This document shows positions 49,699 through 62,560 of a stretch of 64,000 bases of DNA, in pieces; position 1 is the stretch's first letter, and every line of letters starts with the position of its first letter. Below the pieces are notes generated by a model, which saw nothing but the letters and a program-made list of their open reading frames with translations, had not been told where the DNA came from and searched no databases. A program made the translations under genes and the position numbers. Source of the DNA: Octopus bimaculoides (lineage: Eukaryota); assembly GCF_001194135.2 (NCBI RefSeq), contig NC_068982.1, positions 149,004,360 to 149,068,359 on the forward strand, read 5' to 3'.

Positions 49699-50088
49699 AG
49701 GCGTAGGAGTGGCTGTGTGGTAAGTTGCTTGCTTACTAACCACATGGTTCCGGGTTCAGTCCCACTGTGTGGCACCTTGGGTAAGTGTCTTTTTCTATAG
49801 CCTCAGGTCAACCAAAGCCTTGTGAGTGGATTTGGTAGATGGAAACTGAAAGAAGCCCATCGTATATATGGATATATATATGTATGTGTATATGTTTGTG
49901 TGTCTGTGTTTGTCCCCCCAACATTGCTTGACAACCGATGCTGGTGTGTTTACGTCCCCGAACTTAGTGGTTCGGCAAAAGAGACCGAGAGAATAAGTAC
50001 TAGGCTTACAAAGAATAAGTCCTGGGGTCGATTTTCTCGACTAAAGGCGGTGCTCCAGCATGGCCACAGTCAAATGACTGAAGCAAGT
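49699..50088 (+). mobile_element. SINE family A, full copy
   Basis: AGGCGTAGGAGTGGCTGTGTGGTAAG...GGTTCCGGGTTCAGTCCC...CAGCATGGCCACAGTCAAATGACTGAA. Confidence 0.9.
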
Positions 50089-50194
50089 ATGATACTGTAG
50101 GCTGCAGGTAGGAAGCCTGCTATGCATGCAAGACTCCAGGAGTTCCAATGAAACCTGAGTTACAAAGAAAAAAAATAATAATAATAATTAACAA

Positions 50195-50360
50195 CTGTCA
50201 GTCTCAACAGATGATAAATTATCTCTAAAAGAAATGTAAAGATTATCCAAATATAAAGATATGGCAATAGAGCTAATCAGAATGTAGTGGCTAAAAGGAA
50301 AAACATTCCTGCGATAACAGGTGCTTTGGGAATGGTTAAAAAGTTACTTTTGTATATTCA
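50195..50360 (+). mobile_element. Dong-like LINE 3' remnant
   Basis: LSKYKDMAIELIRM..LK..IPAITGALGMVK, after (TAA)n. Confidence 0.5.
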
Positions 50361-52084
50361 AGCACACTGAATAGCTGACATGTCTAAAACCAAAAAAAAA
50401 AAAAAAATAGCTGAAACAATTTTGTAAAATAACTTAACATCTGATCAACTATGCAAAGCTTTAGCAGCAAAATAATTAAATATTACTCATTCTTCTTTTA
50501 TTCCAATCTAAATCTATTGAGTTTGGAATAGGTAATGAAACAAAATCACTAGTACAGGGCATGATAACTCTGCTTGACTTAAATCCTTGGCTCTGCTGGC
50601 TCCATCTGAAAGTGCATGATATGGGTCCCTGTTTAGGGTTACAGGGCTTCAGTTGTGGATAAATAGTCTAGCTACCCAGTGAGTCAATTGCTAAGGAGTA
50701 AACCTTATAAAAAAACTATGTGATCTGGTATTTCACTTGACAATATTCCAACAACTCCTGCAGCCAAAGTGATGCCACTTTTCTGCACTTCGTTGAACCA
50801 CATCAGTTGGGATGAAAAGGAGACAGTATTCTGATGTCTGGTTTACCTAGGATCACCATACAACTAGCCCAAGCTTGAATCTTGAAGAAGTAACGTGAAT
50901 ATTACTGAGGAAAACATGTGCAACAGCTTGGGTGGAAATACAGATGTAGCAAAAAGCATCGGGCCATAGAAAAATTTGCCTTAAAAACTTTTGTCTCAGG
51001 AAAATAACTGACATAGACCCAATGATGAGGATACTGCTAATAATACATATTCATATATATATATATATATTAATATAAACAACTAGGCACAATATAATAC
51101 CATAAAGGAAAAATATTATCGCCATTAAATGTGACTGAGGTTGCTAAAACACCTACATTGCTAGAAATAAGAGTTAAAGACTTTTAATGCTGTAAGAAGA
51201 GCACAATATATACAGTGACAGGGGAAATAACCATCCCAAGACCATATATAGCATATACATCTAAAACTACACTATTTTTCTAAAATATTACTGATAGTAA
51301 TTCTGAGATATATATTGACTAGATTAAAACATTAACTTTACCATAGAGACAATGAGCAGGCATGTTTTATTTTGCATTCAAAAAATAGTTGTTTACAACG
51401 TCTTGGCTTCCTCTGCTGTGACATAATCTTTATTTTTGGTTCAAGGACATGGCCATTAAACAAATAACTACTAAGACTAGATCTTGCTAGATCTTTTCTC
51501 TTTTAACCTGTTCACTTTGGTTAATTCTACCAGCGGAGCTGTTTGGCTCATAAAGTTTTATAAATCTCCTTGCCATGAAAATATGACAATCTCTAAGAGA
51601 GTTTCTTTATATAGCCTCTTTTCAAAACGAAGAAGATGCAATCACTTTTTTTTTAATAACTCATCAAAAAAAACAAAGTCTTACATCAATAATCCATTAA
51701 AATAAGCTCTTTGGATAGTTTATTGATATTAAGAATTCACTTGAACACTTAAAATATTGATCTTCTTCAAATAACTCCTGTAAAACTATTATCTTTTGTG
51801 AATAACTATTTAAAACCTTTATAAAGAGATATTAAGAAAACAACATGTAACTGCTTTGAAAATGAAATTTACTTCGTATTTATTTTTTCATCCATTTCTC
51901 TAAATTTGTATGGATGGGTGAGTTTTGTTGGAATAATTGTTTTAGAAACTCACTGCATTTCCTTCATAAGTAACCAGACAACCATGAAGTAGAGATTGCA
52001 ACAAGGTTTAGGTGAATCAATCTAGCAAACTCTAAGCAAGTAGAGTTATGTACCTTGTTAACAAACACATCATAATTGTTGTCA

Positions 52085-52550
52085 CAAAGGCAGTGAGCCA
52101 GCAGAATCATTAGCTCATCAAATAAAATGCTTAGTGGCATTTCTTCCAGCTCTTTACATTCTCAGATCAAATACAACTAAGGCTGGCTTTGTCTCTCATC
52201 TTCTTAGAGTTGACAAAATAAAATACACTGAAGTACTGGGCTCAGTGTAACCGACTGGTCCCCTTCCCTCTACAATTGCAGGCCTTGTGCCAAATAGGAA
52301 ACAATTAGTCTAATACTCATTAATTAGTCTTATACTCATTAAGGTGGTAAGATGACAGAAATGTTTGTGAATTGGACAAAATGCTGAGCGGCATTTCTGT
52401 CAACTCTTTACATTCCGAGTTCAAATCCTGCCAAGGTCGACTTTGCCTTTCATTTCTTCAGGGTTGATAAAATAAAATACCAGTCATGTATTGAGATCAA
52501 TGTTATTTACTTAGCCCCTGCATCTCCTAGTTCCAAAATTTGAAACCGTT
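52085..52550 (+). mobile_element. Two SINE family B copies
   Basis: GGCAGTGAGCCAGCAGAATC... and GGTGGTAAGATGACAGAA...GAGTTCAAATCCTGCCAAGGTCGACTTTGCCTTTCAT. Confidence 0.7.
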
Positions 52551-52659
52551 ATTCTTTTACTCATTTAATGATTTAGTTATTAGGCTGCAACCACACTGGG
52601 TTTTGTGTGTGTGTGTGTGTTCATGTCAACCCCAGTACACATTTCAGTTGAGTATATCA

Positions 52660-52660
52660 A

Positions 52661-52693
<33 letters not shown>

Positions 52694-52935
52694 TTAATGT
52701 CCATTTTCCATGCCAGCATGGGTTGGATGGTTTGACCAGAGCTGGCAATCTGGAGAGCTGCACCAGACTCTAGTCTGGTTTGGTATGGTTTCTATGGCTG
52801 GATGCCCTTCCTAATGCCAACCACTTTACAGTGTACTGGGTGCTTTTACATAGCATCACATGGGTGCTTTTATGTGGCACTGCACAGGTGCTTTTATATA
52901 GCATTGCATGGGCACTATTATGCAGCACCCCAACA
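52660..52935 (-). mobile_element. SINE family C with internal 24-25 bp tandem expansion
   Basis: (CAT)n, CCATGCCAGCATGGGTTGG, then GGTGCTTTTA-containing unit about four times. Confidence 0.8.
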
Positions 52936-52974
52936 AGTGTTTTTCATCCCCAGAGGGACCAGCCCTAACACTTC

Positions 52975-53180
52975 TGCTGCAGAGTACAGGTCTTCTTGAG
53001 TACAGTAAGACACCAGGCATCTCGGTCCTTTGACATCTCACCTGAAATTTTCAGTGTCCTGAAGTCCTTCTTCAGTACTTTATCTCATGTCTTCTTGAGT
53101 CTCCCACTTTCACATGTTCCATCTACTTTGAGAGATCAGCACTTCTTTATTTATCAATCTATAATTTGTCAAATGGCTTA
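52975..53180 (-). mobile_element. RTE-type LINE 3' end
   Basis: IKKC*SLKVDGTCESGRLKKT*DKVLKKDFRTL...KDRDAW, similar to GRPRKTW...DRDxW. Confidence 0.6.
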
Positions 53181-54411
53181 GTTTCATTTATGGAAACAAC
53201 ACCATGTTTGGGTCGTTTAACCAGTGGAATTGTGTTGAACACACACAAATTCATCGATCCATTTATCCATCCATCCATACATACATACATACAAGCAGAC
53301 AGACAGACAGACATATATACACACATATATATAAAATGTAAAGATGTATAATATGTATAGTAACAAAAGAAGCAGAACTCAATACCACTGAAATAGTGGA
53401 CTATATTTAATATAAACTACAAGCATGGAATACTTACATACAGTACTCAGAGTTTCCCAGCAGCTTCTATTTTATACCAAATATATATATACACACCCAA
53501 AAACACACACACATACATACATGTATGTATATCAATCAAATACCACTGAGAGAGCATGTATTAATCCAAAGCTATAGTGTAAGACACTTGGCCAAAATAC
53601 AGTGCAATGCATTTGAACCCAGAAACAGGTAGTTACTTAGTGTATCTTTTAAGCATAGTCACACCTGCATATTTTAAGGATTAGATTCATGACCATGCAT
53701 GCATGAATCAAAGAACAGTATTTATATCACTGTACAACTGCACAAAATCAGACACAATAACAAAATGGGCAGAATAATTCTAAGGAGATTGGAAAAAATA
53801 TAAGAAATAACTGAGACTGATGTGAGAGTAGCTTCAAAGTCAAAGAGTAAATAAACATCAATGTACAGCAGTTGAACCCTTTGATCGTTCGATACTACCT
53901 GTTTTTATGGGCTTCCTTTCCTTTCTCTCTCACTCCCTCTCCTCTTTCTCTTCTCTCTCTCTTTTCTCTCACCTCTCCTCTCCCTCCTGCTCTCTCTCTC
54001 TATTCTCTCACCTCTCCTCTCTCTTTCTCTCTTTGTATTTGTGTGTGTGTATATATACATATATATGAACATGCATACATGCATGTAAATCGCTCTTCAA
54101 AACTATAAAGCCAGTTACTGTCTGTTTTTTTTTTTTTTTTTTCTGGTGAACTATACTACCTAAATTCATGAAACTCACCTCTAGATAGGAAATGGAATAG
54201 AAGAAGGTATTGCAATATTCAAATTTATTGAAATCCAAAAATAAATTAGGTAATAATTCAAAAAAACATACAGAGCCTGAAACCCCCTATTCAAAACTAA
54301 ATGGCAGGTTGAATAATGTTGCAAAAATGATGCAAAACAGGGAAATTATGATATATTTCAATGATATTCTCATGCAATACATTAACAATAGTGTGTTTGA
54401 CCACCACCTTC

Positions 54412-55380
54412 CTAAATTACTTCAAAGACACACGATCTCAAGCTTCCTATAAATTTCTGCAGCAGATCAAGTGGAAGCTTTTCCCAGGCCTTCTTTATTT
54501 CTGTTTCAAATTCCCTAACAGATGAATACTGCTTGCCTTCACTGTACACAACATTCGTGAGATATCCCCAGATATTCTCTACAGGATTAAGGCTGGAACT
54601 TCTTGCAGGACATGGCATGACTTCAACCCCAATTTCATGGAGGAAATCCAAAGATGCCTTTGCTTTATGAATAGGAGCACTGTCTTGTTGAAATATGAAG
54701 TTCTTGCCATGGAGCCTTCTTCCCTTTTTGTCAATGTGAATCCTGTCCAACATATTGATGTATCGTGCAGCATTGAAATGGCCATCCATGAAGACAAGTG
54801 GCAGCTTTCCACAGGCAGATATTGTTCCCCACACTATAAGACCGCCTCCATTGTTCTGCCAATTGGAATAAGTAGAAATTTGTATACTGTTATTTGCCCA
54901 GTAATACTTAAAACTATTGTTGGGAGAGGGGGCCCCCATCAAAATTTCATTTTTTCTCATCAAAGAACAGAACTCTGGGCCATACACCTTTCCACATCTG
55001 ATGCTGTCAAGCAAACTCCAATTTAACAGCTTTGTGGAAAGGAGTCGATAACAGACACCCTAGCTGCTTCTCCAGGTGGAAACCATGGTTCAAAATCACT
55101 TTTCTTATGCTGGATGTCGAGACTTCTACTCCTGCTGATGCCTTGATTTTGGAAATAGAAGAGCAATGTGACTTCTTCACAGCTCTGACAATGGCCCTTT
55201 CATCCTTTTCTGATGTAACCTTGGGACGTGCATCAGCACGAACACTGTTGTAACTCTCAGGATTTTTCAGAAAATTGTCCACTAGCATTCTGCTTCACCG
55301 AATCTTCTTGGCATTCCTTCCCCTTTCAGTGCAAGAATCTTCCCTTGTTCAATTTCAGAAAACTTTGTAGCTTTAGGCAT
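54412..55380 (-). pseudogene. Tc3-like (IS630-Tc1-mariner, DD34E) transposase, near full length, frameshifted
   Basis: MPKATKFSEIEQGKI...; ORFs 55007-55288 and 54412-55014; VLFFDEK, YYW, GGGLIVWG, FQQDSAPIH, PARSSSLNPVENIWG with 34 residues between D and E. Confidence 0.9.
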
Positions 55381-55469
55381 ACTGGAAATATAATCTAGAT
55401 CATGGAGAATACATCTGAGTCAAATATTTTCTGAAACAATCTGGAAAGGAATGAAAATGTATTAGGGGA

Positions 55470-55535
55470 GTCTGGAGTCTGGTGCTGCCCTTCGGCTTGC
55501 CAGCTCCTATCAAACCATCCAACCCATGCCAGCAT
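55470..55535 (+). mobile_element. SINE family C 3' fragment
   Basis: GGAGTCTGGTGCTGCCCTTCGGCTTGCCAG...AACCCATGCCAGCAT. Confidence 0.6.
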
Positions 55536-55596
55536 TGAATATATANNNNNNNNNNNNNNNNNNNNNNNNNNNNNNNNNNNNNNNNNNNNNNNNNNN

Positions 55597-55627
<31 letters not shown>

Positions 55628-57712
55628 ACATACCCACACTCATGTATTCACAAATGCATATATAAGGAGCTGCTGAATAAGTTCTACATCCAATATACTT
55701 AATGACATGAATGACATTAGGAAAAGAATATTTTTTATTTATATCAGATTTATTTCACTGCCACCCTCAGCACCTTCGGGTTTAAATGTAAGTAATATAT
55801 AGCTTATTATTTGAAAGGAATAAAGTCTTGTGTAGCAATGTTAGAAAACACAGAGAGATGAAAACATTGTACCTGTGAAACAGTAGTTGAAGTATGTGAG
55901 TTAAACTTTACCAGTGTAGGGTGTTCCCATGTGTAGCACCACACATACATGAACGTTACACAATTACCTGTCTCTTAGGCAATTTCATCAAAGCCTGCTC
56001 TGCAGCAAGCATTTGGACCAGGTCTTTAGTTTGAGAATAACTTCATTGATTTCACCAGAATCAGAGACTCTGGAAAATGGTTATATGGATGGCTTTTTCT
56101 TTTCTGACAAAAGTTTTTTTTAAATAATGACAGTTTCACTTCAGCAGCAGAGAGGTGGCTGAAGTAGATTCTAGCACTGAAGATGAAGCCTTGAATTTCA
56201 GACACAGTTTTAGCTGTTATATGTGTAAGACAGCTTCACAGATTGTATTTGTTGTGGCTTTTACTTGTGTGTTGTTTATGTGAGTAGAAGGTGGGATGTC
56301 AAACTGTTTTGTTGATAAATATAGCAACTGTATTTGTATTGTTGAAAGAGGCTAGGTTGACATGTCCTACTGAGGCTGATTTCAAGTTCACTGTTCACAG
56401 AGACAGTGTAAGAGTAATTTAAGGTGTCAAGGTTGTATATGGTTAACAAGTGTTCATAGAAACTTAAATTAACTGAAGGGTGGTATCATATCTTAGGACA
56501 GATGGCATATTTAATCACCATTTTTGAGAATTCTGATATTGAACATGTTGATTATTTAAGAAAAAAAACATTAATTTGGAAGCAGCTTCTATGGCTAGAT
56601 GCAGACTGTGTAAGAGGGCTGTGATAGTCAAGTATTATTGCAAAAATTAAATGAATACAATTGGCATTTAATATTTTCAGCTTGGCAGCAAAATTTTAAA
56701 AAAGTAAAATTAAATTAAGTGTTTTTCATGAAAATAATCAATTCTGCTTCTCATGATACCCTACGTATGGGCATAAACAAACAGAAATGAATGGAAAAGA
56801 AAATTCTGAAGGTCAGGTAGCTATAGAATTACAATTCTTATAAAACTCAAGTAGATTATGCCAACATTCATTGATAGGCAGCCTTATATAGTTCTCTGAA
56901 CGCCTCTAATAGTTTCTCTATATGTGAAAAATAAATGGTAGACATTACCTAACAAAAGTTGGCCTTGGCAGGATTTGATTTCAGAAAATGAAGAAAAATT
57001 AAATTTATTGAAGTTTAAAAAGATATATATTACAGTGAGTTGATTTGTTATGAGGTGTGAACAAAAATCAATGTTATGGAGACTTAAGAGAAAGAATATA
57101 GAGACTAATATCATGGTCCCAGAAAAGTAAATGAGAAAAAAAAAAGAGGGAAATGGTTAATATAGAATGGTAAGTATGAGGAAAGAAAAGGAAAAATGAG
57201 AATGTGATTAGTGTGAGAGAGGTAAGAGTAGTTTTGGATATGAGCAATGGGGAAGAAAGTAAAACAAGATAGTTGAAATGGGAAGGAGATGGTGAAAGCC
57301 AGGTCAATTGAAATAAATGAGAAGTGAAAAGGCAAGACAGGAAGTCGATGCACAAAAGGTTATATACAGAATAATATAGACATGCAAATGAATATATTTG
57401 TGAGAGAGAGAGTGAAAGTAAAGAGACTGGGGAAAATAATAATGAACTTTGAAGAGTAATATGAATTGTAAAAAAGCAATTAAATAGAAAAATTTAATTT
57501 TATTTAAGGAAGGACAGAAGACAAATGTAATGGTTCTAAGATGAGAGATAAGGAAAAGGAAGAAGGTTGAAATAATGAAAAGGGAAGGCTGAATGTACGT
57601 ACTGCAAGAATGATATGTGTATAGTCTATATACAGTTGATATGTGTTGTGGATGTGCAAATTGTAAGCAACATATTAAGCAGAGCAGAATGCATAACTGA
57701 ACACATATGCAT

Positions 57713-57749
<37 letters not shown>

Positions 57750-57759
57750 NNNNNNNNNN

Positions 57760-58015
57760 TTTCCATGCTGGCATGGGTTGGACGATTTGACTGAGGACTG
57801 GCGAACCAAATCGCTGCACCAGGCTCCAATCTGATCTGACAGAGTTTCTACAGCTGGATGCCCTTCCTAACGCCAACCACTCCAAGAGTGTAAGGGTGCT
57901 TTTACGTTCCACCGGCATGAGAGCCAATCAGGCAGTACTGGCAACGGCCACGCTCAAAATGGTGTTTTTTACGTGCCACCTGCACAGGAGCCAGTCCAGT
58001 GACACTGGCAACGAA
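57760..58015 (-). mobile_element. SINE family C
   Basis: TTCCATGCTGGCATGGGTTGGACG...GGTGCTTTTACG...GCACAGGAGCCAGTC. Confidence 0.9.
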
Positions 58016-58749
58016 TGTTTTTTTCACGTGTTTTTGTTACTTTTTCCGTTTTTTGTTTTGTTACTTATATATATTATATATATATTTAAATATATAAGAG
58101 TGTATGAAATATTTTTATACACAAAGTGTAGCAATGTTAGAAAACACACAGAGATGAAAATTTAAGATTGAAAGGCCAGTTATAACCCAAACCACGAAAA
58201 AGAGGATTCATGAGGCATGCTGTTATAACACTAGAATGAACAAAAAATGAATTAGTTAATCCCAAACTCGAGTTTCGCTATTAATTGCCAAATTCACTGA
58301 TTTGGAATCTGTAGCTCATCAGCGGAATCGCTAATTAATGAATAATTATGTAGTTGCAAATACGTACCAAAAATATGTGCACAAAACAGCTACATCTTTA
58401 TACATTTAAGGATTCGAACTGAATGTGTCAGCATAAATATATAGTCCAGCAGTAAATAAAGAAATTTAAATCTGTGTCTCATATAGCCTCAGAATTAAAT
58501 ATTACTATCATAAATATGAGGTTAATAAATTATTTTAATTCATTACCTTCATATTTACGACATATATATATATATATATTAATATTTAGCAGAAGTAACA
58601 GAGTGACTCAAGGTCTGAGAGTTTCATGCATTGGCATTGATCAAACTAGTTACAGGCTTAAGGTCTGTGCCTTTATATAGCTGTTGATGTATGTGTCTGT
58701 CTGCCTGTCTGTGTGTGTGTGTCTGTGTGCATGTGCTTGTATGTGTATA

Positions 58750-59622
58750 CAGGGTGCTGTGAATAAACTGTTGTCGAAATTAAGCAAAAATGGAAATAAC
58801 ACTGACATCTCATTTTAACAGATATTTTTACTAAAATTACATAAAAATATCTTGAAATACTAAAGAGCAAATTTATTCAATAAAATCGCCATCAGCTTCA
58901 ACCACGGCCTCCAGACAACTTCGGAATCTCCTGCAACTTTTCTGGATGGTCTCTTTGTTTAAGCTGGTGAATGCTGCCATAATCCTTGCTTTCAGTTCAT
59001 CTTTGGTGTTATGAGGAGCTTTGTTGGTCTCTCACTCAACTGCACCCCACACTTAACAATCAAGAGGGTTGCAGTCTGGAGAGTTAGGTGGCCAAATGTT
59101 AGGAGTGATGTGGTCACAGAAATTGTTTGACAGCCACAACTGGGTTCTCCTGCTTGTATGTCATGGTACAGAGTCCTCTAACGAGATGTAGGGTCTTCCA
59201 GCGGCCACCCTCTTGACCTAGGGCAGCACTACCTTCTCCAGGCACTTGATGTAGGCCTCCTTGTTGAGTCTGAGGCCATTTGAGAAGATGAATGGAGGCA
59301 TACCGTCGCCATCACTAGTGATCACTCTAAACACCATGATGTAGACTGGATGTTTGATTTTCATCATTCTCAGTATATCTCCTCAGATTGACACCCAAAC
59401 ACTCTGAAATGATTGTATTGGAGCTATCCACATGAATGCCAAGCAGTACAGCATGTCATTTCTAAATCTCTGGCAGAGTGAATTACGTCATGCTGTGGTT
59501 TTTCTCACAGACAATGTCCAACTTACTCTACTATACTGTGTAGTCGACAAAATCAAAAACAAAGAATGTGCATGCATGAAATTAAAAATATAAAATGGCG
59601 ACAATTTACCCATTGCACCCTG
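58750..59622 (-). mobile_element. Non-autonomous DD37D/maT mariner, both ends present
   Basis: CAGGGTGCTGTGAATAAACTG ... CCCATTGCACCCTG; high similarity to 18044-18932. Confidence 0.9.
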
Positions 59623-60399
59623 GATGTATGTATGTGTGTATGTATGTATGTATGTGAAGGCACGTGGCCTAATGATAAGGCTGTTGCACACATGATTGCT
59701 AGATCGTGGGTCAGATTCCCAGACTGGATCTTGCAGGCATAGCTGTATTTGATGCCTGCATACATAAACACAAACCACAACTATTCAGCCACTAGACTAC
59801 ATAGAAACAAATCCTGTTCCCTCTGCCATTTGACAGATTGAATTTAGAGAACTTTATTTTGGGACTATCGCTAGATGTGTTTATTCAGCCATGCCAGCAT
59901 TGATTTTTGAAGCAAAAAAAACATTGTCAGAAATTAATGCACAGACATAGTGGGGAACCTACAAAAATTTCTAAGATTACTACTAATCATGAGATCTTCC
60001 TCTTCTACATTTGACAGATAAAATTCAGACAGCTGTGTGCCACTGTACATGTTCACTCAACCATGACAGCTTTAATTAACAATGCTAAACATATTGAACA
60101 TATTGTCATATGAAATTAAGAAGAGACATAGCAGAGAACTTATGGAAAGTTCTAAAACCTGACCACGTGATCGTCCTTGACCAATCAAAATGTATCCAAA
60201 ACAGATGACCCATGTTCTCTAGATAAAAACAAGGCAATTTTTGAATTCCAATTAGAAGCGAGGCAGTTGCAGCATAGTTCCAAGTCTTTCTATCACAACT
60301 TTTGAAAATCAGAGAAATCTGTGAAACTGATTAAGTGTTTAAAAAATTTTTTATAAAAAAAATGAATCTCAGTGCATTTTCAACTTTTGAATGTGGCCA

Positions 60400-60612
60400 A
60401 TGTCTGTACCCCCTGACTGGCTCCTGTGGTGGTGGCATGTAAAAAGCACTTACTACACTCTTGAAGTGTTTGGCATTAGGAAGAGCATCCAGCTGTAGAA
60501 ACCTTGCCAGATCAGATTGGAGCCTGGTGCAACCTCCCAGCTTGCTAGTCCTGAGTCAAACCGTCCAACCCATGTCAACATGAAAAGCGGACGTTAAACG
60601 ATGATGATGATG

Positions 60613-60656
<44 letters not shown>
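60400..60656 (+). mobile_element. SINE family C plus (GT)n
   Basis: CTGACTGGCTCCTGTGG...GCGGACGTTAAACGATGATG followed by about 20 GT units. Confidence 0.85.
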
Positions 60657-60659
<3 letters not shown>

Positions 60660-60789
60660 ACTAGTGGTCAGCGAAGTGATAGAGGCCTTCTTCCCTGTAA
60701 TGATAAACACACTAAACCTCTACTAACCTACTTTAATTAATGTCCTGCTTGTGGTCAGTCATGTGGTAACAAAAAATGGACGCTCTACT

Positions 60790-61270
60790 CCTTTATCAGT
60801 TCTAGTAACAGAGATGAAATGATTTCTTTTGCTCTAATTATCTTTGGAGTTGTAACTGGTAGCTGCCTAGAACTCACGCACTCCTCTCTTTTTCTGTCAT
60901 CAAAATCATTAACCAATAAACCAAACATGACTGGTCTAATATACAAATGCAATGGGGAGGCAATCAATCATCTTTTGTTGGTGGATGATTTCAAGTTGTA
61001 AGCAGCAGATGACAAGCAACTGGAAACACTGTTACAGCCAGTATTCTGATCTGGGAGTGGAATTGATAAAGAATGCAGTTTTCAAAAATGTGCCAAGACA
61101 ACCTTGAAGAGTTATAATATAATTGATATTTTATATGAAATTACAGAAATTAGAGAATGAGACCAGTCACAGGTTTACAAATATTTATGAGAGAAATAGC
61201 ATGCACAAATAAAAAGATATGCTTGAAAAGAAAATTATAAATGCATTAGATTAAAAGTAGAATCTAAGGT
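60790..61270 (+). mobile_element. RLE-clade LINE RT remnant
   Basis: GEAINHLLLVDDFKL*AADDKQLETLL, similar to INHLLFMDDLKLY. Confidence 0.5.
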
Positions 61271-62089
61271 ACATGCCAAAGGGTATAAATATATCAAAAC
61301 ATTATCAATTTCAATAAAAGCTAATAGTTCAAGATTAAGAAAATCTGATTTGAAGGGTTTGGGATAATTTACAGTCAAAACATTTTTTGACTTGGTTTTT
61401 GATTACTTTGAACAATAGTCAAGGTGCTGCCAATTTTTTGGAAGTATCATATTTTCTGGAAATTAGGCTAAGTTTTTGCTTTTTGGTTGCTTACTCAAAT
61501 GAGCTCCACATCATTTTTGTCCCCCAAACTGAGAGCTGATGTATATGGACAAATGAGATATCTTTGTGAAAAGCCCATTTATTCTGGAGGACTTCATGGG
61601 TCATCTTGTCAAATGAAAGTATAGTATGCTGCTTTGGTTACCATGAGAGAAACCTAATAATTAAATGAGCTTTAGCCATTCAATTCTGGAGTCAGTGGGA
61701 TTGTGCAGAGATGACAGGAAGAGGCTTGATGGACTCACTCTTTCACCTTAGGGGTTAGGGGATGATACTTTGTTTAGAATAGCACTATTAGCAACTCATT
61801 TGCTCCATCACATATCCTTAATGTAGCAACAGAAGTAGGGGTTACTGTATCCATAGCTGAATGAAATAAGGTGCTGACAAATGGTAACATATATAGACAG
61901 GCTTAAAATATTGTTTCTTTCTTTCTTTTTATTGTCAATGTCAATACTTTAAAGAATGGGGATTAACAAAGGAAATATAATGGAAAAAATGAGATGATTT
62001 TAAATTTGAAAGCATTTGAATAGTAAAGCCAGTAAAAATTGTTTTCTTGCTCAAAACACTATATTTGTTGCTCTCTTGGTGTAAATCTC

Positions 62090-62560
62090 AATGTGGTTCT
62101 ACTAATTCATACTATTCTACTAATACAATGATTGCTAATTCTATTTGGTTCCTCTTTGCTTGTAAATTAAATGAGTCTTTTTGTTTCACTATCAGCTCCC
62201 CCTACCTGTTTTAAAGTCTTTCCCAAAGGTCACAGCTACACTTTTGATTTTCACTAATTATTGAGAATATTTGTTGTCAGTTCTGTCTTAATTAGTGTGG
62301 TCATCTGTTGTCTAAACACTTTCCATCAAGACTGACACATTAAGTTTCCAATATCTAAGACCTCTCTTATAGCGTTTGGTTAATCTGACATTACTAATCA
62401 GCATTTTGTAATTGGAATACCCCTCTGTCTTCAACAATGAGTAGCTGCTTAATTCTCTGTATGCTAACTAACAAATGAAATCTCTATTTCCCATTCTTAT
62501 TGTATCAAGCTTAGCAGCTATATCCAGTCAGAATCCATCAACTAACTGAAGTAGTTAAGA
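62090..62560 (-). mobile_element. Possible L1/Tx1-type LINE endonuclease remnant
   Basis: KMLISNVRL...KRGLRYWKLNVSVL resembles the Tx1 GxGYWKLNxSLL motif; single motif only. Confidence 0.35.

Noticed and set aside
54270-55480. Possible TIRs of the Tc3-like element
   Set aside because: Only about 12 of 19 matches at the putative ends, and the right end overlaps a SINE fragment.
57304-57927. 207-aa ORF
   Set aside because: It starts in a SINE, crosses a gap and (TA)n, then reads a pyrimidine-rich tract that lacks stops by composition.
60160-60190. CCACGTG plus CCAAT motifs
   Set aside because: Order and spacing do not match ERSE consensus, and there is no nearby gene start.
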